From positions 1 through 59,770 of the forward strand of contig DAOVCJ010000003.1 of assembly GCA_030670085.1 (NCBI GenBank): a DNA stretch of 59,770 nt. The letters are read 5' to 3'. The translations under genes and the position numbers were made by a program. Origin of the DNA: Candidatus Aenigmatarchaeota archaeon (GTDB lineage Archaea > Aenigmatarchaeota > Aenigmatarchaeia > QMZP01). Positions 8,157 through 16,166 of the stretch are shown in pieces. The notes under the pieces are model-generated. The model made no database searches and had not been told where the DNA came from. It worked only from the letters and a program-made list of their open reading frames with translations. Each line of letters opens with the position of its first letter. Position 1 is the first letter of the stretch.

Positions 8157-8225
8157 GCCGACTTGGATAGATTAGATAATGTCAGCGAAGCTGACAGCTG
8201 TCCCCTACGGGGACATAAAGTCGGC
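8157..8225 (+). repeat. composite CTTGG-hairpin copy with two extra mini-hairpins in its loop
   Basis: GCCGACTT(8157-8164)GGATAGATTAGATAA[TGTCAGC-GAA-GCTGACA]GC[TGTCCCC-TAC-GGGGACA]TA AAGTCGGC(8218-8225). Confidence 0.7.
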
Positions 8226-8273
8226 ACACGAATAAAATATTTAAATAAGAACGGGAAATAGAAGAAGATTAGA

Positions 8274-8633
8274 ATGAAAATAAGAAAAAAGAGCCAGAGC
8301 CTGCAGGAACTGATTGGGAACCTGAGCAGGCACGGATCTGAGAAGAAAGCAGGCACATGGAAAGCGGTAGCTAGGAGTCTGAACAAGCCAAGAAGGAAGA
8401 GGTACGAAATCGATGTCCACAGAATAGAGAAGAATTCGAAACCCAGGGAGACCATAGTGGTTCCCGGGATTGTCCTGGGTTCTGGTGATATCAAGAAATC
8501 CGTGACAGTCGCTGCCCTGAGGTTCACAAAGGACGCCAGGGAAAAGATTGAGAAGGCTGGCGGGAAGTGCCTGGAAATCCAGGAGCTGCTTGAAAAGGAC
8601 CCAAAGGGTCATAAAATAAGGATAATGGCTTAG
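8274..8633 (+). CDS. rpl18e: 50S ribosomal protein L18e (eL18)
   Basis: 119 aa, basic. Position at the head of the conserved rpl18e-rpl13-rps9 cluster. Confidence 0.85.
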   Translation: MKIRKKSQSLQELIGNLSRHGSEKKAGTWKAVARSLNKPRRKRYEIDVHRIEKNSKPRETIVVPGIVLGSGDIKKSVTVAALRFTKDAREKIEKAGGKCLEIQELLEKDPKGHKIRIMA

Positions 8634-8641
8634 GTGGAATC

Positions 8642-9061
8642 ATGGACGAAGTTTACATAGATGCGTCAGAGCAGGTGATGGGAAGACTGGCATCAATGAT
8701 AGCCAGGGAACTGTTAAAGGGAAGGAAGGTTTACGTTATCAATGCTGAAAAATCTATGATATCCGGGAACCCGAAGTATGTTTTAAAAACCTATCAGGAA
8801 AAAATCAAGAGGGGGGACCCCTATCACGGGCCCTTCTACCCCAAAACACCCGAAAGAATCCTGAAGAGGGTTGTCAGGGGGATGCTCCCAAAAAGTGCAA
8901 GGGGCAGGGAGGCCCTGAAAGGGCTCAGGGTTTTCAGATCAAGGCCCGAGTCTTTCGAAGGGAAGGAGTTCAAGGGGTTTGATGATGCAAAGATAAAGGG
9001 AGAGCAGAGCTACATAGACCTGGGAAAACTCTCCAGAAGGTTGGGTGCAAGGGCGAGGTAA
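8642..9061 (+). CDS. rpl13: 50S ribosomal protein L13 (uL13)
   Basis: 139 aa. VIDA-like start (VYIDASEQVMGRLAS.IA), cluster context. Confidence 0.85.
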   Translation: MDEVYIDASEQVMGRLASMIARELLKGRKVYVINAEKSMISGNPKYVLKTYQEKIKRGDPYHGPFYPKTPERILKRVVRGMLPKSARGREALKGLRVFRSRPESFEGKEFKGFDDAKIKGEQSYIDLGKLSRRLGARAR

Positions 9062-9062
9062 C

Positions 9063-9530
9063 ATGGCAAAGAAAGCAGTAAAAACCAAAAAAGTGGTAAA
9101 GAAAACAGAGAAGGATAAAAAGGAGAAACCGAAAACGCTTTTGACAGTGGGGAAGAGGAAGAGAGCGATAGCGAGGGCGAGCTTTAAGAAGGGCTCTGGT
9201 ATAATAAAGATAAACTCAAAACCCCTCGAGCTGGTGCAACCTGAGATGATAAGATTAAGGATACAGGAGCCCCTGAAAATCGCAGGTGATGCCTGGAAGG
9301 GGTTTGATGTAAAGATTAACGTGAAGGGCGGAGGCCCGATGAGCCAGTCTGAAGCCGTAAGGCAGGCACTGGCAAGGGGGATAGTTGAACTCGTAGGTGG
9401 GGACATGAGGCAAAGATATTTATCCTACGATAGGAACCTATTGGTATACGACCCCAGGAGAACAGAACCCCACAAGCCGCCGCACTCCTCATGGGGCGCC
9501 CGTCGTTACAAACAACGTAGTAAGAGATAA
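9063..9530 (+). CDS. rps9: 30S ribosomal protein S9 (uS9)
   Basis: GKRKRAIARA and VKGGGPMSQSEAVRQALARG motifs, ends in ..KQRSKR. ATG 9063 preferred over GTG 9045. Confidence 0.85.
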   Translation: MAKKAVKTKKVVKKTEKDKKEKPKTLLTVGKRKRAIARASFKKGSGIIKINSKPLELVQPEMIRLRIQEPLKIAGDAWKGFDVKINVKGGGPMSQSEAVRQALARGIVELVGGDMRQRYLSYDRNLLVYDPRRTEPHKPPHSSWGARRYKQRSKR

Positions 9531-9541
9531 TTGGTGATGTT

Positions 9542-9877
9542 ATGGAGTTCGCAAGGATCAAGCTTGCTGGAAGGAGCATTGAGGAACTGCAGGAGATATG
9601 CAATCAGATTAGGGAAATCGCTAAAAAATACGGGGTTTCCTGCAGGGGACCTATACCCTTACCGACAAAGAAGCTCAGGGTCCAGACCCTAAAGACACCC
9701 TGTGGTGACGGAACAGGCCATGGAAACGCTACATGGGACAGATGGGAGATGAGAATCCACAGGAGGATTGTGGATATAGGCAGCAATGAAAGGGCCCTCA
9801 GGCGGGTTGTAAGGATTCCTATACCAGAAGGCGTCAAGATAGAGATAGAATTAAAGGAAAAATACGAGCACAAATAA
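9542..9877 (+). CDS. rps10: 30S ribosomal protein S10 (uS10)
   Basis: RIKLAG...GPIPLPTKKLRV.T.K.PCGDG..TWDRWEMRIHRR..DI pattern. Confidence 0.85.
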   Translation: MEFARIKLAGRSIEELQEICNQIREIAKKYGVSCRGPIPLPTKKLRVQTLKTPCGDGTGHGNATWDRWEMRIHRRIVDIGSNERALRRVVRIPIPEGVKIEIELKEKYEHK

Positions 9878-9878
9878 A

Positions 9879-9906
9879 TTTTTTCGCCCCCATATATCAT
9901 ATATGG
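9879..9906 (+). terminator. T-run plus AT-rich perfect palindrome between convergent rps10 and pfdA
   Basis: TTTTTT (9879-9884) directly after the rps10 stop, then CCATATAT-C-ATATATGG (9890-9906). Confidence 0.3.
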
Positions 9907-9994
9907 AAAGAATATCTGTTCTGAAATGGAATTTCTCTGTGGACCACATGATAAGGTCATTCTATTCAGAAAACTCAAATCAAGACTTCTGGTC

Positions 9995-10417
9995 CTAACC
10001 CCTTTTCTGGGATTCCCTTACTATCTTCTCTATCTCTGGTATGATCTTATTTATGTTCTTCACAACCTCGTTCATCTGGAGATGAATCTTTTTCCTTGCT
10101 TCTTCTATCTCCTCTTTCCTGTCCTCGAGGAAGGATTTGGCAGAGTTTATGTTTTTCGTGACCATCAGCCCTGCGCCAATGTCCAGAAGCACACCAGAAC
10201 CGAGTATGCTGCCGTGAGCATAGCACCCGGATCCCAGGGGAACCAGGGTCTCGTTATCCTTCTTGAACCTTCCCACCTCATTCAGTGCATGCTCTGTGGT
10301 TTCTATGTCCAGCAGCCTGTTCTCAACCAGCAGGGCATGCCTCTTCAGTTCCTCTAATTCTGCCTGAAGGATCTGGTACATGATTATCTTTCCCTGACCC
10401 TTTTCATTTTCGCTCAT
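9995..10417 (-). CDS. pfdA: prefoldin alpha subunit
   Basis: 140 aa. Coiled coils flank a central beta-hairpin region (LVPLGSGCYAHGSI...DIGAGLMV). Confidence 0.75.
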   Translation of the reverse strand: MSENEKGQGKIIMYQILQAELEELKRHALLVENRLLDIETTEHALNEVGRFKKDNETLVPLGSGCYAHGSILGSGVLLDIGAGLMVTKNINSAKSFLEDRKEEIEEARKKIHLQMNEVVKNINKIIPEIEKIVRESQKRG

Positions 10418-10470
10418 CGTATTCGACCTACAACTTTATTTAGTTTATTTAGTTGTTTTACATTACATAC

Positions 10471-10812
10471 TTATAAAATCTTTAGCTTTCCTGTTACCTT
10501 GTCCAGGTCCTCCTCTTTGCAGGGACCTATCCCCAGTGCTGTTATGGTTCCTGGTTTGATTTGCGTCCTGCCTGCATCCCTTATAATGGAGCATGGCAAT
10601 CCAAGCCCCTTGGCTTTTTTATGGAGATCCAGCATCTCCTTTAGGCTCTCAACCCTGACCACAACTTTCTTAGTTCCTGAGTCTTCCCATCTCTTCTTGG
10701 CATCTGGGTCGGATTTTTTGTAGGCGTCAAGGGATGCGTGGGCAACCTGGACCGCGAGCTTGCCCTTGTCCAGTTTCAGGTCCCTCCTGACAACAATAAC
10801 CTGCTTGTACAT
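10471..10812 (-). CDS. pth2: peptidyl-tRNA hydrolase, archaeal Pth2 type
   Basis: 113 aa. KQVIVVRRDLKL.KGKLAVQVAHAS and GLPCSIIRDAGRTQI motifs. Confidence 0.85.
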   Translation of the reverse strand: MYKQVIVVRRDLKLDKGKLAVQVAHASLDAYKKSDPDAKKRWEDSGTKKVVVRVESLKEMLDLHKKAKGLGLPCSIIRDAGRTQIKPGTITALGIGPCKEEDLDKVTGKLKIL

Positions 10813-10902
10813 GAAAATAATTGCAATGGTTCACTTAAAAATAGACATAAATATAAATAAAAAACTAAAAAAATGAAGGGTAATCTAAACAACGCTAACG
10901 GA

Positions 10903-11373
10903 TTAAACTACTGTCCCTGTTACTCTTCCGCTCTCTGCGAATGACATTCCCTTATCGTTTAATCCTGACATATCAATGTCTATACCGTACACCGATCCAG
11001 CAGATGGGGTTCCGCAGGTTGCTGTTATGTTGAAATTCGTTCCAATTCCTAGCCAGACTCCTGCTCCTGTTACAGCTGCGCCATTGAGCTGAACGCTTGT
11101 ACAGTCTATGCCTGTACTCACTGTTAACGAGCTAATGTTGATTGCGTAAGGTGCACCATTACTAAGCTTGACTAGAAAGCTACCGTCACTCAGCAATTGC
11201 CATGCTCCTATTTCTGGTGGACCTATGTTGTTAAACCTGGTTGCTATTGAAGTTGCTCCTGGACTGAAAAGACCCATTGCGTACAAGGCTGCTGCCACTA
11301 TTATTACAATTATTATTGCCCATCCGTATGTCATCAGATATTCCATTGCTGCTTGTGCTTTTTTCATATGCAT
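10903..11373 (-). CDS. archaeal type IV pilin-like protein (class III signal peptide)
   Basis: N-terminus MKKAQAAMEYLMTYGWAIIIVIIVAAAL, a short basic leader followed by a hydrophobic helix. Confidence 0.7.
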   Translation of the reverse strand: MHMKKAQAAMEYLMTYGWAIIIVIIVAAALYAMGLFSPGATSIATRFNNIGPPEIGAWQLLSDGSFLVKLSNGAPYAINISSLTVSTGIDCTSVQLNGAAVTGAGVWLGIGTNFNITATCGTPSAGSVYGIDIDMSGLNDKGMSFAESGRVTGTVV

Positions 11374-11406
11374 CTTTTAATAATTGGGCCAGGTTGTATA
11401 TAAATA

Positions 11407-12357
11407 TTATCCGGGTATCATTGTGCCAAAAATGCTAGCTATCATCATCCTTGCAGCAAAGAAAATCACCAATGCTAGGACTGTCAGAAGAGGTATGTAT
11501 TTTATTCCTGCCTTCTCTTTTCCTGAATCTATTATACCTATTATCAATCCTCCGAATATCGTTGTTATCAGTATTGCCGCTATCGAGAACAAGAGGAGGA
11601 AATCCGGTGATATGCTAATGCCTCCAAGGCCTATCATGGGGAGGCCTGTTGCAAGGCCTTCGGGCATCTGGGTTCCTATTCCCATCTGCCCAATGGTTGT
11701 GACAAGAAAGGTTGACAGGGCGTAGAGAACAGGGGCTCCTACTGCTCCGGCAAAGCCTATGAATATTCCGTACATGAGGATGTTGGCTTTCACTTCCTTC
11801 CTTATGGACTCCTTTCTCCTCATATCTGTGGCTGTTTCCTCGAAAAGGGAAACGAGCTGTCCCCCGGACCTTATCCCCCTTATGATCAATCTGATTGTTG
11901 TTTCCAGAACCTCGGATTTTATGCTTTTCGGGATATCCCCCAGACTGTCCTGCAAAGATTTCCCGGTCATCATTTCCTTTCCTGATCTCTTTATCGCATC
12001 GGAGAGGGGACCGAACTCCTTCCTTGCGGACAAAAGCATGGCCCTGCTTGGTATGAAACCGGATTTTATGTTCGCAGCCATAAGCTGCATGGCATCAGGG
12101 AGTATTCCCTCTATGAACTTTGTCCTCCTGTCCACGGCAAGGATTAAAAATCCATGAAGCAGGACAAAAAGCGCAACGAAAACACCAACCCCCATAAGCA
12201 GGGCGTATTCCCTTACAAAGAGGGCTGCGACAAAGCCCATTGCAATGCTGATGATAAAAGTGTAATTTACAAATCCCTGCGGGGTTCTTTTGCTACCCGA
12301 GAACTTGAGCAATTCCTCAATCTTCTCTTTATATTTCCTGGGCATTAATTTGTACAC
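11407..12357 (-). CDS. TadC/FlaJ-like (T2SS-F domain) pilus platform membrane protein, half-size
   Basis: 316 aa with a single T2SSF-like cytoplasmic domain (LPDAMQLMAANIKSG...GPLSDAIKRSGKEMMTGKSL..) flanked by TM helices. Confidence 0.7.
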   Translation of the reverse strand: MYKLMPRKYKEKIEELLKFSGSKRTPQGFVNYTFIISIAMGFVAALFVREYALLMGVGVFVALFVLLHGFLILAVDRRTKFIEGILPDAMQLMAANIKSGFIPSRAMLLSARKEFGPLSDAIKRSGKEMMTGKSLQDSLGDIPKSIKSEVLETTIRLIIRGIRSGGQLVSLFEETATDMRRKESIRKEVKANILMYGIFIGFAGAVGAPVLYALSTFLVTTIGQMGIGTQMPEGLATGLPMIGLGGISISPDFLLLFSIAAILITTIFGGLIIGIIDSGKEKAGIKYIPLLTVLALVIFFAARMMIASIFGTMIPG

Positions 12358-12399
12358 ATATTATTCTTGTTTCCCGGGATTTATTAAATTTAGAAGAAA

Positions 12400-12819
12400 T
12401 CAGAGTCCTGTTATCCACTGCCTCTGTATAAGATCCTGGACGTTCGTGCACTCCTGGGACTGTATGGTTACCTCATCAACTGTGTTGGGTATTCCTGTAA
12501 ACGTAAAGGTCCTAAGCTGATTTGAATCAACAGTGTAGGTTTGGGGTGTCTGGGTTATTGTGCCGTTCTGGTATTTTATCAGGGTATCAAAGGTCAGGGT
12601 TATCGCTCCCCTGTTTTTCACATAAAGGTTCAGGGTACCTGTCGGGGTATCGTATGTTGCTCCCTGGATTATCACATCTATGTTAAAACACTCTGTCGTG
12701 GGAAGGGTTTCCCTTGCGAACCTGGAAGCCCACGTGGCCAGCATTCCTGCAACTATAAGGGTAAAGGCAATCAGAACTATCACAGCAATCAGTGGTGAGA
12801 CACCCTTTTTGTTTACCAT
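12400..12819 (-). CDS. archaeal pilin/flagellin-N-terminal-domain protein
   Basis: MVNKKGVSPLIAVIVLIAFTLIVAGMLATW, a typical prepilin-peptidase substrate N-terminus. Confidence 0.7.
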   Translation of the reverse strand: MVNKKGVSPLIAVIVLIAFTLIVAGMLATWASRFARETLPTTECFNIDVIIQGATYDTPTGTLNLYVKNRGAITLTFDTLIKYQNGTITQTPQTYTVDSNQLRTFTFTGIPNTVDEVTIQSQECTNVQDLIQRQWITGL

Positions 12820-12870
12820 ATAATAGAATATTGTTTTCTGTCCTTTATAAATTTAAACATATTACGCGAA

Positions 12871-13719
12871 TCAGAAGAACGATATCTGGAACTGGACAGC
12901 AAAGGAAAACAGGGCATAGCCTATTATTATAAGGAAGATTGAATGCTTTAACCCTGCAGCGATTACTCCCTCTGCCATCTTTCCTATTGCAAGACCTGCA
13001 AAGAATCCCTGGATTATAATGAAGTAGATGAAGGTTTCTGTGTACAGTTCTGTGGGAATGACTGTGGTTTGTGAGACAAGGGATAAACCTCCTATTTCTT
13101 CTGGTGATAGAACGGGTATGAGTGAAACCTGCATTATTATCAGAATCCCTATAAAGACAAAGAATATGAGATAGAGCATGACCATCTGGGAGTAGACGGA
13201 TGATCTCCTTTCCTTGTTCAGCTTCTCTATGGTCAGCATGGACTTTGAGACAGCAGAAAGAGTGTCTGATATCTTTCCTCCAACCTTGTAGGTTTCTATT
13301 ATGGTAGTTACAGATCTTCTGATTGGTCTGGATCCCGTCCCCTTTGCAAAGTTCTTAAGTGCCTTATCAAAGGGGATTCCCCAATTCACCTGTGCGTTCA
13401 AGTCATTTACAAGCGATGTCATGGATGCATAGTCCCTTTTTGAGCAGTGCTCCAGTGCCATTGGTAACGTCATCCCTGAATTTATTGAATCTGCCAGGTC
13501 AAGTACGAATCCTATGAACCTTTGCTCTATCTCCCTTTTTGTCCTGTACTTGGTGTAGAATATGAGCGTGGGCGGAACCACCAGAATTATCCCGCCTATG
13601 ACATTCAGAACAGGAACCATGAAAGGTATGATCTCGACCACGAATATGTTACTGATTACCAGAATCAAGGCACCCACTGCTATGGAAATCGCTTCGAAAA
13701 AATATTTGAACTCTTTCAT
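12871..13719 (-). CDS. TadC/FlaJ-like platform protein, half-size
   Basis: 282 aa, T2SSF-like domain, TM helices. Abuts the upstream paralog with no gap (13719/13720). Confidence 0.7.
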   Translation of the reverse strand: MKEFKYFFEAISIAVGALILVISNIFVVEIIPFMVPVLNVIGGIILVVPPTLIFYTKYRTKREIEQRFIGFVLDLADSINSGMTLPMALEHCSKRDYASMTSLVNDLNAQVNWGIPFDKALKNFAKGTGSRPIRRSVTTIIETYKVGGKISDTLSAVSKSMLTIEKLNKERRSSVYSQMVMLYLIFFVFIGILIIMQVSLIPVLSPEEIGGLSLVSQTTVIPTELYTETFIYFIIIQGFFAGLAIGKMAEGVIAAGLKHSIFLIIIGYALFSFAVQFQISFF

Positions 13720-14610
13720 TCAGATCCCCACAGGTCTCCTGCTCTTTATCAAGCCTATAAGCATGAACTGGAAGATTAGGAGAAAGCCAAGAATTCCAAC
13801 CAGGATCCACTGAACATCAAAGCCTACCCCTATGAACGAGGATATGACCAGCAAAAAGGTTATCCCAAGTGTGGGGAATATCACAGCAAAGAGCATGTAC
13901 ATCAAGGCCATGGGATTCAAGACAGAGCCATATTTCTTTATCGCTATCCTCTGATCCTCTGAAAGGGTATCAACCAGGTTTTTTATCGTATCCCCTATAT
14001 CTGCTCCGGATTTCAGGGAATTTACCAGCTGCCACATAACCCTCCTGAAGTAAAGGGAAGGGTTCTCCCTTGCAAGGGCCTCCAGTGCTGCGATCTCGGA
14101 TTTTCCTGTGTTTATCTCATTCACTGCCTTCCTTATCTCATCTGATAGGGTGCCGTACTTGCTCTGTGCTATAGAGACCAGGGAATTGTAAAGGGGGACA
14201 CCTGATTTGATCTCAATAAGCAGATGGTGAAGAGTAGTGGGAAGATTTTTCTCTATATTCCTGGTTTTTCTGTTAACGTAGAGTTTTGGGTAGAATGTTA
14301 GATATAACAGTGAAACAAAACCTATCACAAAACCGACTGGAAGGGATATAATCAGAACCCTTACTATTTCAGCCTTTAATGCCACCATGAGAGTGAACAT
14401 CAAGCTGGACAGTATGCAAAAGTAGAAGACAAAACAGAACACCGCAATGGCGCACCACTCCCTTGGTTCGTAATCAAATCCTGCCTGCTCCAGCTCAAAA
14501 TCAAGGCCCGGAAAAAAATGCGAGAGGGTCTCACCCACACCCAAGAAACGTTTCGATATCTTGCTCGCCTTCTCTAGAGGTAGGGGTAGTATTGGTATTC
14601 GTTTTTTCAT
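13720..14610 (-). CDS. TadB/FlaJ-like platform protein, half-size
   Basis: 296 aa, T2SSF-like domain (LPTTLHHLLIEIKSGVPLYNSL...GTLSDEIRKAVNEINTGKS). Confidence 0.7.
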   Translation of the reverse strand: MKKRIPILPLPLEKASKISKRFLGVGETLSHFFPGLDFELEQAGFDYEPREWCAIAVFCFVFYFCILSSLMFTLMVALKAEIVRVLIISLPVGFVIGFVSLLYLTFYPKLYVNRKTRNIEKNLPTTLHHLLIEIKSGVPLYNSLVSIAQSKYGTLSDEIRKAVNEINTGKSEIAALEALARENPSLYFRRVMWQLVNSLKSGADIGDTIKNLVDTLSEDQRIAIKKYGSVLNPMALMYMLFAVIFPTLGITFLLVISSFIGVGFDVQWILVGILGFLLIFQFMLIGLIKSRRPVGI

Positions 14611-14675
14611 ATATTATATTTATTTTATTATAATAAATGGCTCAGAAACTGGTTGTGGGAATGGTTTGGAAAAAA

Positions 14676-14945
14676 TTAGGTCTTGAGTTTTTTCTTCTCC
14701 CTCTTTATCGCGTCTTTCAGCCTAGACAGCCTTATCAAGAAACCGCATTTTCCGCATTTCACTGAGAATGGTCTCTGCCAGGGTTTCTTGGTCTGCTCTG
14801 AGAAACCGCATTCCGGACATTTATATTTAACGTCTGCTTCATCCGAATCGTTCCTTACAAGGACAGCTATGTTACCTGCTTCCTCACCTGCCCCGTTTAA
14901 AAGTGTCCTGTTGGTTATGTACCTAAAATTACCCATAATTATCAC
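14676..14945 (-). CDS. zinc-ribbon protein, function unknown
   Basis: 89 aa, CPECG...CGKCG, basic C-terminus. Confidence 0.5.
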   Translation of the reverse strand: MIIMGNFRYITNRTLLNGAGEEAGNIAVLVRNDSDEADVKYKCPECGFSEQTKKPWQRPFSVKCGKCGFLIRLSRLKDAIKREKKKLKT

Positions 14946-14997
14946 TATTGAATAGTGATTGGTTATATATAAAATTATCGGTTAAGTTTATATAGTG

Positions 14998-15900
14998 TTA
15001 ATGCTTCAGTGTTAGTCTCATCCCATCCTCTGCTACCTTAGTTTTCGGGAATGTCTTTTTCGCTTCGTCCCTCAGGGGCTTTACGTCCTGATATCTCCTT
15101 GAAAAATGCGTGAGTATAAGCTCCTTGACATTACACTTCTTCGCGAGTTTTGCCGCCTCCTTCGCACCTGAATGCATTCTGTTCTCCTTTTCGTCCATGA
15201 AGGTTGCATCGTGTATAAGCAGGTCAGCATCCTTGCATATTGTTTCCAGGTTTTTGCAGGATCTCGTATCCCCAGTGTACACAGCCCTTATTCCTGGAGT
15301 CAGAATACCAACATCCTCTAACCTCACCTTTTGTCCACGGAACCTTATCACCTTATACTTCTTCAGTCTTCCAACTGCAGGGCCCTGCACAAGACCGTAG
15401 AGCTCCCCTGCCTTCTTTATGTCCACGTTCCAGGTATCCTTCTCCTTGAAGAGGTAGGCGACAGCTGGAACTGTATGATTAACAGGGATTGAGTTAATCT
15501 CGAACTTCTTTGACACATAGACAACGTTCGGTTCGTCTCCCTCGAACGGAACGTTCTTTGGTATTATCTTGAACCTCGGTCCCCAGTAATCCAGGTCAAG
15601 GATATCTCCCACGAACCTCTCGGCCTCAGGGCCATGGATATACAAACTCTCCTTCCTATCCTCCATGTTCATGGTCTGCATCAGTCCTATCAAACCCGCC
15701 CAGTGGTCAGCATGCCAGTGGGTTATAAAGATTCTGTTAATCTTCATGAAGCTTACATTGTAGTACATCATCTGTCTCTGCGTTCCCTCACCGCAGTCCC
15801 AGAGCATTGATTCGTCCTCGTACCTCAGCCATATGCTTGCCGGGTTTCTCCTCTTGCTCGGGATCCCGGATCCTGTTCCAAGAAAAACTATTTCCAACAT
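14998..15900 (-). CDS. rnz: ribonuclease Z (metallo-beta-lactamase, tRNA 3' endonuclease)
   Basis: 300 aa. HxHxDH motif (THWHADHWAG), N-terminal FLGTGSGIPS. Confidence 0.8.
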   Translation of the reverse strand: MLEIVFLGTGSGIPSKRRNPASIWLRYEDESMLWDCGEGTQRQMMYYNVSFMKINRIFITHWHADHWAGLIGLMQTMNMEDRKESLYIHGPEAERFVGDILDLDYWGPRFKIIPKNVPFEGDEPNVVYVSKKFEINSIPVNHTVPAVAYLFKEKDTWNVDIKKAGELYGLVQGPAVGRLKKYKVIRFRGQKVRLEDVGILTPGIRAVYTGDTRSCKNLETICKDADLLIHDATFMDEKENRMHSGAKEAAKLAKKCNVKELILTHFSRRYQDVKPLRDEAKKTFPKTKVAEDGMRLTLKH

Positions 15901-15934
15901 AATCTATTTTTGGTTCTTATAGTTAAAGAAATAA

Positions 15935-16102
15935 TCAGGTCAGATTGAGTAATTTCTTAATCTCCATGGATATCTTCCTGTTTCCGACCATATCCATGAT
16001 TTCCTTATAGTGTGGGGAGTCCTTTTTCAGTCTGATCCTAAGGTTCTCATTGTAAGAGTTTCCCAACATTCTCTCGAGATTCGCAAGTTTCTCAAGCACC
16101 AT
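15935..16102 (-). CDS. 55-aa hypothetical protein
   Basis: ATG-initiated ORF MVLEKLANLERML... fills an otherwise empty 266-nt gap. Below the ORF-track cut-off. Confidence 0.3.
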   Translation of the reverse strand: MVLEKLANLERMLGNSYNENLRIRLKKDSPHYKEIMDMVGNRKISMEIKKLLNLT

Positions 16103-16166
16103 GTTAAAAATTTGAATCTAGTATTTATAAAGTTTTTCCCTCGTCTTACCGGGTGAAAAAATGGAT

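Noticed and set aside
7812-8261. Track ORFs 7812-8000, 8043-8261 and 8129-8527 span the tRNA-Leu locus. Track ORFs 30948-31244, 37551-37904, 38399-38761 and 59314-59562 likewise span tRNA or hairpin regions.
   Set aside because: They are read-through of tRNA, intron and hairpin sequence. They have no coding signal and overlap well-supported RNA features.
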